Shown one piece after another: positions 56,783 through 64,000 of a stretch of 64,000 nucleotides of DNA. The notes beneath the pieces are model-generated. The model was given only the letters and a program-made list of their open reading frames with translations. It had not been told where the DNA came from and did no database searches. Made by a program: the position numbers and the translations under genes. Each line of letters starts with the position of its first letter. Position 1 is the stretch's first letter. Source of the stretch: Puniceicoccaceae bacterium (GTDB lineage: Bacteria > Verrucomicrobiota > Verrucomicrobiia > Opitutales > Oceanipulchritudinaceae); NCBI GenBank assembly GCA_040830765.1, contig JBFOMH010000007.1, positions 1 through 64,000 on the forward strand, read 5' to 3'.

Positions 56783-57079
56783 CTACTTTTTGGCGGTTTT
56801 CTTCTTGGCCGGTACGACGGCGGCGATGTCATCGTGCGGACGCGCGATAACGTGGGCGCTGATGACTTCACCGAGGTTGCCGGCTGCTTCAGCCCCCGCC
56901 TCGATGGCGGCCTTGACCGCGGCAACGTCGCCGGTGATGGTCGCGCTGACGAGCGCGCTGCCAATCCCCTTCATGGGACCGGCCAGCTGCACGTTGGCGG
57001 CCTTCAGCATCGCGTCGGTGCCCTGGACGAGGGCGGTGAGTCCTTTTGTTTCCAATATTCCAATTGCTTGTTTAGCCAT
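56783..57079 (-). CDS. BMC hexamer shell protein (BMC-H)
   Basis: AIGILETKG, DAMLKAANV, GDVAAVKAA, HVIARPH. Confidence 0.92.
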   Translation of the reverse strand: MAKQAIGILETKGLTALVQGTDAMLKAANVQLAGPMKGIGSALVSATITGDVAAVKAAIEAGAEAAGNLGEVISAHVIARPHDDIAAVVPAKKKTAKK

Positions 57080-57120
57080 GATTATATGTGTTTAAATTTT
57101 TGTAGTGATTCGTTATTACA

Positions 57121-58302
57121 TTAGTTCTGAATAAGGCGGCTGACCTCCCGGGCGATGACGAGTTCTTCGTTCGCCGGAATGACGGCCACCTTGATGGTGG
57201 AGTCGGCTGTGTTGATGAAGCCCTCCTTGCCGCGGACGGTGGACCGGTTGGCCTCGTCGTCGATACGGACCCCGAGGTCCTCCAGTCCGGCACAGACGCT
57301 GGCCCGGAGTTCAGGATTGTTTTCCCCGATACCGGCGGTGAAGGCGATTACCTCCAGGCCGCCCATCTTGAGGAAGAAGGAACCCGTCCAGTGGCGTATG
57401 CTGTCGATGAGCACGTCAATGGCGAGGTTGGCATCCGGATTGTCGTCATTCGCTGCGGCGAGGATGTCCCGCAGGTCATTGCTGATCCCGGACAACCCCA
57501 GCAGGCCGCTTTCCTTGGTCAACTGGCGCTCGGCTTCCTCGATGGAAAGTCCCAGCAACTTGCTGACATAGGGAACCGCCATCGAGTCGAGGTCGCCCAC
57601 CCGGTTGTTCTGGGGCAGGCCGCTCTGCGGACTGAATCCCATGCTGGTACCGATGGCGACGCCGTTCTTGATGCCGGTAACCGAACTGCTTCCTCCCAGA
57701 TGGCAGGAAATGGCCCGCAAAGGCGCTCCCGTGAACGGACTCGGCCCGTCAAGATAGAGCCGGCGAGTGCGTTCGGCAACGTCTTCGCGGTCCAGCAATT
57801 CGGCGGTCCGTTCAGCGATGAACTTGTGACTGGCCCCGTGGAATCCATAACGCTGGATGCCCAGTTCCCGCCATGCCTTCGGGATGGCGTAGGTCCGGGC
57901 CGCTTCCGGAATCCACTGGTAGAAGGCGGTCTCGAATAGAGCCACCCGTGGCACCTCGGGAAGCATCCGCTGGAAACAGCGAATTCCCTCGGCATAGGCC
58001 GGATTGTGGGCCGGAGCCACTTCGGCAAAGCCTTCCAGCGCCGCGAGAACGCGGTCATCCGCCGGAACGCAACCACTGAGGTCCTTGCCCAAAACCGTCT
58101 TGAAACCAACGGCGGCCAACTCCTTTCCAGAGCTGATGATGCCGTCGCCAACCAGGTTCTCCAGCATCTCCTCGATGCAGGGACTGTACTCGGTCACACG
58201 CTCATAGCCGCCCTCGGCGAGCAACTCCGCAGAGGAATCGCCCATCTCGAAGAGACGGTACTTGAACGAGGTCGAGCCCAGGTTGGCGACGAGTATCTTC
58301 AT
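57121..58302 (-). CDS. ackA: Acetate/propionate kinase
   Basis: MKILVANLGSTSFK (start 58302), PAHNP, FETAF, RYGFHGASH, CHLGG, FTAGIGEN, ANEELVIA. Confidence 0.9.
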   Translation of the reverse strand: MKILVANLGSTSFKYRLFEMGDSSAELLAEGGYERVTEYSPCIEEMLENLVGDGIISSGKELAAVGFKTVLGKDLSGCVPADDRVLAALEGFAEVAPAHNPAYAEGIRCFQRMLPEVPRVALFETAFYQWIPEAARTYAIPKAWRELGIQRYGFHGASHKFIAERTAELLDREDVAERTRRLYLDGPSPFTGAPLRAISCHLGGSSSVTGIKNGVAIGTSMGFSPQSGLPQNNRVGDLDSMAVPYVSKLLGLSIEEAERQLTKESGLLGLSGISNDLRDILAAANDDNPDANLAIDVLIDSIRHWTGSFFLKMGGLEVIAFTAGIGENNPELRASVCAGLEDLGVRIDDEANRSTVRGKEGFINTADSTIKVAVIPANEELVIAREVSRLIQN

Positions 58303-58303
58303 C

Positions 58304-58582
58304 CTAGCCAATCCATTTACCGAGGACACCAAGGTCGTCGTGCGGACGCGGGATGACCTGCACCGCAATGACTTCGCCGATCTGCCCGGCTGCTTCCGCA
58401 CCGGCTTCGACGCCCGCCTTGACGGCCGCAACATCACCGGTGAAAAAGCCGGTCACGAGGCCGCTGCCGACCTTTTCCCAGCCGGTCATGGTGACATCAG
58501 CCGCCTTCAGGGCAGCGTCACTGGCCTCCATGAGGGTCACCAGTCCTTTACATTCAATAAGTCCTATAGCTTGTTTTGCCAT
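58304..58582 (-). CDS. BMC hexamer shell protein (BMC-H)
   Basis: AIGLIECKG, KVGSG, GDVAAVKA, VIPRPH. Confidence 0.92.
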   Translation of the reverse strand: MAKQAIGLIECKGLVTLMEASDAALKAADVTMTGWEKVGSGLVTGFFTGDVAAVKAGVEAGAEAAGQIGEVIAVQVIPRPHDDLGVLGKWIG

Positions 58583-58606
58583 GATTGTAATCTCCCTTTC
58601 CTGGGT

Positions 58607-58870
58607 TTAGAAGAACTTCAGCAGGTCCTCATGCGGACGTGCCATGACGTGGGCGGCCACCAGCTCGCCAACACGGTTGGCTGCTTCGGCCCCAGCCTCG
58701 ACGGCCGCCTTGACACTACCGACATCGCCTTTGACGAAGACGGTCAGCATTCCGGCACCGATCGGGACTTGCTTCACAAGGCTGACATTCGCCGCCTTGA
58801 CCATGGCGTCACTGGCCTCAATGGATCCAGTGAGCCCCTTTGTTTCGATCAATCCAATGGATTCGCTCAT
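58607..58870 (-). CDS. BMC hexamer shell protein (BMC-H)
   Basis: [34 protein letters not shown]. Confidence 0.92.
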   Translation of the reverse strand: MSESIGLIETKGLTGSIEASDAMVKAANVSLVKQVPIGAGMLTVFVKGDVGSVKAAVEAGAEAANRVGELVAAHVMARPHEDLLKFF

Positions 58871-58911
58871 TTTATTATTTGGGTTGTTGTTATCGTGTTA
58901 ATTTGTGGAAA

Positions 58912-59592
58912 CTACTTGACCAGTTCGCAGGGCACATCCGGGCCGAAGCCACAGCAATTCCCCTCGTCTGTGTCGATGTGTACCTCCAGCTTGAAGGATG
59001 GATCCACGCGGACAAAAATGCGGTCGAAGGTGACACCCAGGTCACCCCCGACCTTCAGCTTCATGAAACTCTTGTTCTCCACCCCGTAGTGGGCAGCGTC
59101 TTCCGGCGCCATGTGGACGTGCGGTGCCGCCCGGATGACCCCGTCTTCCATCTTCAGGAATCCGGCCGGCCCCATCAGCATGCAGCCCGGCGTCCCCTTG
59201 ATGTCGCCGGAGTTGCGGATGGGAATGTTGAATCCGAGGGAAATGGCATCGGTGTAGGCCAGCTCAACCTGGTTGATATCCCGGCACGGTCCGAGGATGC
59301 GCAAATTGGAAATGACCCGGCTACGCGGGCCGATCAGAGTCACGGCCTCCTCCGCGGCATACTGTCCCTCCTGGTAAAGCCACTTTTTGGGAGTCAATTG
59401 ATGCCCCTTGCCAAACAACGTCTCCACCGCTTCCTGGGTCAGGTGACAATGGCGCGCACTGATATTGACCACCAGGGGATTCGGGCCCGCTGCCTGTTTG
59501 GCCGGTTGTGGGCCCGCTTGCCGACGCAGGCTTTGACGCACAAGTTGCTCAATATGAGCACGATCCAGAGGCAGTGTATTTGGGGAAGACAT
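58912..59592 (-). CDS. pduL: PduL-family phosphate acyltransferase
   Basis: ISARHCHL, LRILGPCR, RAAPHVHM, HIDTDEGN; N-terminal encapsulation-peptide-like helix. Confidence 0.92.
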   Translation of the reverse strand: MSSPNTLPLDRAHIEQLVRQSLRRQAGPQPAKQAAGPNPLVVNISARHCHLTQEAVETLFGKGHQLTPKKWLYQEGQYAAEEAVTLIGPRSRVISNLRILGPCRDINQVELAYTDAISLGFNIPIRNSGDIKGTPGCMLMGPAGFLKMEDGVIRAAPHVHMAPEDAAHYGVENKSFMKLKVGGDLGVTFDRIFVRVDPSFKLEVHIDTDEGNCCGFGPDVPCELVK

Positions 59593-59689
59593 TTGGAAAA
59601 TCTTTATTTGACCCCTATTTCCGCGTTTAATTCCAAATTAGTCAACATTTTCTTGCCATAATTCACAGAATTTCCCAAATTTTCCAACA
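59593..59689. promoter_or_regulatory. Divergent promoter region between the BMC operon and deoR-lutABC
   Basis: AT-rich 97-bp gap with repeated TTCC(C)AA words in both orientations, which are candidate DeoR operators. Confidence 0.45.
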
Positions 59690-60469
59690 ATGCTAGCCCA
59701 AGAGCGCCAACAACGCATCCTTACCCTCCTCGAGGAGCGCGGCACCGTCCGCACGATTGACCTCGCGGAGGAGTTTGCGGTTACCGATGAGACAATCCGG
59801 CGCGACCTGCAATCCCTTGAGGAGAACCGCCAGTTGACCCGTATTCATGGCGGGGCCAGCACCGTCAGCGGCCGGCCCAAGCTTCAGTCCTTCACCGAGC
59901 GGCGCACCCTCGAGATCGGAAAGAAGCAGCTCATCGCCAAGGCGGCTATCGACTTAATTGAACCGGGCCAGACCTACGCTTTTGACAGCAGCACAACGGC
60001 CTTTGAGCTGGTTTCCATCCTGCCCGACCTCCCCTTCCGGGTCGTCACCAATGCCTATGCTGTCCTCGATCACCTGATCCGGATGGAGAATGTCGACCTT
60101 GTCTCGACCGGCGGGCGCTACGATCCCAAGACCCAGACCTTCATCGGTGGGGACAGCCACACCGCCCTGCGGCGTTACCAGGTACACACCGCCTTCATCT
60201 CCTGTATCGGACTGGATGTTGGACGCGGCGCCAGTGAGGGATTTGAACAGCAGGCGATATTCAAGGAAATCCTCGTCCAGATCGCCCAGCAGGTGGTCCT
60301 CCTCGTCGACTCATCCAAACTGGGCCATCACTCCGAATACTACTTTGCGGGATTGCACAACCTTTCCATGGTTATTACGGATAATGAAGCGGACCCTGCC
60401 ATTGTTGACCAATTGCGCAACCTCGGCTGCATTGTCCGGATAGCTGAGCCACTTGAAGAAAACAAATGA
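59690..60469 (+). CDS. DeoR/GlpR-family transcriptional regulator (PVM locus regulator)
   Basis: ERQQRIL...VTDETIRRDL...RIHGGA helix-turn-helix; DSSTT, VVTN, DSSK. Confidence 0.93.
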   Translation: MLAQERQQRILTLLEERGTVRTIDLAEEFAVTDETIRRDLQSLEENRQLTRIHGGASTVSGRPKLQSFTERRTLEIGKKQLIAKAAIDLIEPGQTYAFDSSTTAFELVSILPDLPFRVVTNAYAVLDHLIRMENVDLVSTGGRYDPKTQTFIGGDSHTALRRYQVHTAFISCIGLDVGRGASEGFEQQAIFKEILVQIAQQVVLLVDSSKLGHHSEYYFAGLHNLSMVITDNEADPAIVDQLRNLGCIVRIAEPLEENK

Positions 60470-61239
60470 GCCTTCTCCATACGCCTCCAAACCGGGTCGC
60501 CGGCAAATCGGTCCAGATGATGACCACCTGCCTCTGCGATGCCTTTTACGCTGACGTGGCCCGTGCCACCGTCGAGGTCCTCGATTACCTCGGCTGCGAT
60601 ATCGAGCTCCCCGACGGCCAGACCTGTTGCGGCCAACCCGCTTTCAACGCCGGTGACTGGGATGCCTCCCGCAAGGTCGTGCGGCACACCGTCAAGACCT
60701 TCCCTGGCGACAAGCCGGTCATTGTCCCCTCCGGCTCCTGTGCCGCGATGATCTTCCACGGTGCCCTCCTGGCATTTGAAAAGGAAGAAGACTTGCCGGA
60801 AGTAAAAATCCTCAGCGAACGGACCTGGGAACTGGTCGATTACATTGTCAATGGACTCGGAATCAATGAGTGGCCGGGCAAGTTCGAGGCCAAGGTCACT
60901 GTTCACCGCAGCTGCCACTTGCGCGGCTCCAATAGCGGGGACGCCATCATGGAACTCTTGGGATCCATCGAGGGGCTGACGCTCCTGCCGATTGACGAGG
61001 TCGAGCAATGCTGCGGCTTCGGAGGGACCTTTGCAGTGTCCTTCCCCAACGTCTCCCGCGAGATGGGGCAACTCAAGGTTGAGAACCTCACAGAACCGGG
61101 TCCGGACGTGGTGGCTGCCGCCGACATGGGCTGCATGATGCACTTCGGAGGCATGATGGAAAAGCAAGGCATCCAGACCACGCGCCTTCATGTTGCCCAA
61201 ATTCTCCGCGACTCACTCAAAAACGCCGGATTGCTATGA
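60466..61239 (+). CDS. lutA: Lactate utilization protein A (CCG-domain Fe-S protein)
   Basis: QTCCGQPAFNAG, PSGSC, HRSCH, CCGFGGTF, DMGCMMH. Confidence 0.9.
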   Translation: MSLLHTPPNRVAGKSVQMMTTCLCDAFYADVARATVEVLDYLGCDIELPDGQTCCGQPAFNAGDWDASRKVVRHTVKTFPGDKPVIVPSGSCAAMIFHGALLAFEKEEDLPEVKILSERTWELVDYIVNGLGINEWPGKFEAKVTVHRSCHLRGSNSGDAIMELLGSIEGLTLLPIDEVEQCCGFGGTFAVSFPNVSREMGQLKVENLTEPGPDVVAAADMGCMMHFGGMMEKQGIQTTRLHVAQILRDSLKNAGLL

Positions 61240-62639
61240 AGTCCCTGCAAGAAATTGATGTAACCGCGCGCGACCTCAATGACGAGGTCCAGAAGTCCAC
61301 TTATCTCGCCTCCAAGGCCAAGACCGAGAAACGCCTCGCCATCCTCGAGAACGATTACCCGGATCCCGACAAGCTGAGGGAGACCGCAGGACTCATCAAG
61401 CAGCACACCTTGGAGCACCTCGACAAGTACCTTGCCCAGGCTGAAGCCAGCCTGACTGATGCTGGCGCCCAGGTTCACTTTGCCGTCGATGCGGACGGCG
61501 CGAACGCCCGAGTCCTGCAAATCATGCAGGAGAACGGGGCCAAACGGATGGTCAAGAGCAAGAGCATGGTCACCGAGGAAACCCACCTCCTGCCCTACCT
61601 CGAGCAGAACGGCATGGAGGTCGTCGAGACCGACCTAGGTGAATTCATTGTCCAGATCGACGGCGACCATCCCTCCCATATCGTCACCCCGATCATCCAC
61701 AAGAACCGGCGCGACATCGCCAAGAGCTTTGAGCGCGAGGGACTTGGTGACTACAATGACGATCCGGAGACCATTACCCGCCGCGCCCGGGCCCACTTGC
61801 GCCAGAAGTACCTTGATGCGGACGTCGGGCTGACCGGGGGCAACTTTGTCTCCGCCGAGTCCGGTCGCGTGGTCATTGTCACCAACGAGGGTAATGCCCG
61901 TTTTTCTGTAGCGGCGAATCGAATACACATCGCCATGATTGGGATTGAGAAGATCGTCCCCAGCGACCGCGACCTTTCCCTTTACCTGAATCTCCTCGCC
62001 CGTTCCTCCACCGGACAGCAATTCACGGTCTACAACCAGTTCATCAACGGGCCCCGCAGCGAGAACCAGCCGCACGGCCCGGAGCAATTTCACGTCATCT
62101 TTATCGACAACCGGCGCACGGAGGTCCTGGCCAGCGAGTGCCGGGAGATTCTCCGCTGCATCCGCTGTGGTGCCTGTCTCAATGTCTGTCCGGTCTTCCG
62201 GCAGGCCGGTGGACATGCTTACCGCAGCGTCTATCCGGGACCGGTCGGAGCGGTCCTCAGTCCCCTCCTCGCAGGGAACCGCTACCCGGAGCTGGCTGAC
62301 CTGCCCAAGGCCTCCAGCCTGTGTGGGGCCTGCAACGAGGTTTGTCCGGTCAATATTCCCATCCCCGATCTGCTTCTCCGCCTTCGCGACAAGGCCAAGA
62401 AGGAAAAGGCCTCCAAGGCAATGAAGGGTACCCCGGCCCTAGGGCTCTGGGCCACCCTTTGTTCGCAGCCGGCGATGTGGAAGACGGCCCTGACGATGGG
62501 ACACACCATGAACTACATTCCCACGGAGATGATCCCCCACCCGTCGGCCCGGGCATGGCAGCATGCCCGCAAGCTGCCCAAGTTCCAGGGCGGCGAGTTC
62601 CGCAAGTGGTTCAAGCACCGTGAACTGACCAGCAAGTAA
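61236..62639 (+). CDS. lutB: Lactate utilization protein B (LUD domain + two 4Fe-4S motifs)
   Basis: KSKSMVTEE, ETDLGE, PSHIVTP, TNEGN, CIRCGACLNVCP, SSLCGACNEVCP. Confidence 0.92.
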   Translation: MKSLQEIDVTARDLNDEVQKSTYLASKAKTEKRLAILENDYPDPDKLRETAGLIKQHTLEHLDKYLAQAEASLTDAGAQVHFAVDADGANARVLQIMQENGAKRMVKSKSMVTEETHLLPYLEQNGMEVVETDLGEFIVQIDGDHPSHIVTPIIHKNRRDIAKSFEREGLGDYNDDPETITRRARAHLRQKYLDADVGLTGGNFVSAESGRVVIVTNEGNARFSVAANRIHIAMIGIEKIVPSDRDLSLYLNLLARSSTGQQFTVYNQFINGPRSENQPHGPEQFHVIFIDNRRTEVLASECREILRCIRCGACLNVCPVFRQAGGHAYRSVYPGPVGAVLSPLLAGNRYPELADLPKASSLCGACNEVCPVNIPIPDLLLRLRDKAKKEKASKAMKGTPALGLWATLCSQPAMWKTALTMGHTMNYIPTEMIPHPSARAWQHARKLPKFQGGEFRKWFKHRELTSK

Positions 62640-62649
62640 GGATTTAATC

Positions 62650-63255
62650 ATGAGCAACGACAGGGAAACCATTTTCTCCTCCATCCAAAAAGCGCTTGAG
62701 CCCCTGCCGGAACGGACCGCGTATCCCGATTGGGATGATGACATGGTCATTCCCAGGTCCCTCCCGGAGACCAACACCGCCAAGGAGCTCTTTGCCCAAA
62801 TACTGGTCGCCGCCAGCGGAAAGTATTTCGACGCTGTCACCGAGCTGATCGAGTTCATGATCCAGGAAGGCCATACCTTCGGGTACTGCGACCCAAGCCT
62901 CGCTCACCACCTTGAGAAACAGGAAGGTATCAGCTTCGATACCGAATACGACATGGCCAAGGTCGACGATTACCAGTTTGGCATCACCCGCGCCAGCGCC
63001 GCCATTGCCGAGACCGGCACCCTTATGCTCAGCGACAGCGACACTTCCGCCCGCCTCGGTGCCCTTGCCCCGTGGCTGCACATCGCTGTTGTCCTGGAAG
63101 AGGATATCGTCCCCACCGTCCTCGATGCCATTCACCGCTTCGGCGATGATCCCAACATCATCTTTGCCACCGGTCCCTCCAAGACCGCTGACGTAGAGGG
63201 CATCCTTATTGAAGGCGTCCACGGTCCGGGAATCCAGGTGGCCTTGGTCATCTAA
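62650..63255 (+). CDS. lutC: Lactate utilization protein C (LUD domain)
   Basis: AIAETGTL, TGPSKTADVE, GVHGP. Confidence 0.9.
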   Translation: MSNDRETIFSSIQKALEPLPERTAYPDWDDDMVIPRSLPETNTAKELFAQILVAASGKYFDAVTELIEFMIQEGHTFGYCDPSLAHHLEKQEGISFDTEYDMAKVDDYQFGITRASAAIAETGTLMLSDSDTSARLGALAPWLHIAVVLEEDIVPTVLDAIHRFGDDPNIIFATGPSKTADVEGILIEGVHGPGIQVALVI

Positions 63256-63343
63256 CTGGTGCACCTACAATCGCCACTCCAGGCTTGAATCCTGCAGAAA
63301 GCGTTGTTCCTTTCCCGTTTGATCCAAACCAAGAACATTCATA

Positions 63344-63865
63344 ATGAGCAATCAAGGTCTCACTGATTATAACATCCTGGCAAGGGAGGACGGTTCCACA
63401 TCCTATGTGGTTGTTGGCATGCAACGGGTTTTCCAGCACATCATGAAGTCGGAGGAGTTCGAGCAACGGTTCGAATCACTTGACCATGTGGTCAATGCCA
63501 TCATGGAAACTGTCGATGATACCCGGAACCCAAGAGTGCACAGCACCTTACTGGCCTACACCAGGAATGAAGATAGCTCGGCAAAAACAGAAAGTCGGCA
63601 TCTTGAAAAGAAAGTGTCCCGCAAGGAGGTTTTCGAGCATTTGCCAGAAGTCCTTAGAAGTTATATCCACGAGAGACTGCCCGGTTCCAATGTGACCACG
63701 ATTTTGGAAAACGGTAACCTGGTCGGATACCGGACAATCAATCAGGAACTACCTTACCTTGTTTCGGTTCTGCAGATTGCCGTCTCGGCAAGGAAACGGG
63801 GCAAGACATTTGATGCTGTCCTCCATCGGACCATGAGGGATGCCGAGCCCCCCATTTCCTATTGA
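63344..63865 (+). CDS. Hypothetical protein (173 aa)
   Basis: ATG-started ORF filling the gap after lutC, visibly more AT-rich than its neighbours; no motif recognised. Confidence 0.55.
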   Translation: MSNQGLTDYNILAREDGSTSYVVVGMQRVFQHIMKSEEFEQRFESLDHVVNAIMETVDDTRNPRVHSTLLAYTRNEDSSAKTESRHLEKKVSRKEVFEHLPEVLRSYIHERLPGSNVTTILENGNLVGYRTINQELPYLVSVLQIAVSARKRGKTFDAVLHRTMRDAEPPISY

Positions 63866-63875
63866 CCCCGCTTAG

Positions 63876-63995
63876 GTTCCCCGCGTTGAAACGCGGGCCT
63901 CACCTCTCCCGTCCCGTCGGGACGGGAATATCCATAAACCCGGGTTTTAACCCGGGGCCACCAATGCCGGTTACATCCCGTCCCATCGGGACGGG
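63876..63995. repeat. Diverged copy of the three-hairpin REP-like element, possibly continuing past the window
   Basis: GTTCCCCGCGTTGAAACGCGGG (63876-63897), CCCGTCCCGTCGGGACGGG (63908-63926), CCCGGGTTTTAACCCGGG (63939-63956), CCCGTCCCATCGGGACGGG (63977-63995). Confidence 0.8.
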
Positions 63996-64000
63996 TTGAT

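Noticed and set aside
57121..58437. 45-aa N-terminal extension on the acetate kinase
   Set aside because: It overlaps the BMC-H gene in another frame; the family-typical start MKILVAN is at 58302.
1..64000. tRNA, rRNA, integrase, transposase or prophage genes
   Set aside because: None recognised; nearly all the sequence is accounted for by the listed CDSs.

Overview
Bacterial DNA, GC-rich by eye. It is most likely from Verrucomicrobiota (Opitutales/Puniceicoccaceae-like), inferred from the PVM-type microcompartment, LEPR-XLL giant proteins and a Trp-rich C-terminal domain. Positions 1-32.8 kb hold one minus-strand secretion locus: TolC, three membrane-fusion proteins (plain, GAF-fused, and RRE/PqqD-M50 protease-fused) and a C-terminally truncated SecA paralog, with no ABC or RND transporter. 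Two giant LEPR-XLL proteins follow: one of 5270 aa and one of at least 2642 aa that runs off the left edge and is missing from the ORF track. Both share a ~150-aa leader ending in ELVTTLHAxNGPP. This locus is the best candidate for a poorly characterised system. Positions 33-50 kb carry a cytochrome c, RhlE helicase, SASA-NTF2 fusion, hemolysin-III protein, a 7-repeat His/Trp-rich secreted protein, two divergent CbcL-like multiheme cytochrome c/b genes (13 and 11 CxxCH), a three-hairpin REP-like array, a TIM-barrel/Gfo-Idh-MocA fusion, a ThuA lipoprotein and vapBC. Positions 50.9-63.3 kb are a Planctomycetes/Verrucomicrobia (PVM) microcompartment operon for rhamnose/fucose catabolism, divergent from deoR-lutABC. 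No rRNA, tRNA, CRISPR or transposase was recognised. All calls come from motif reading only; no database searches were run.
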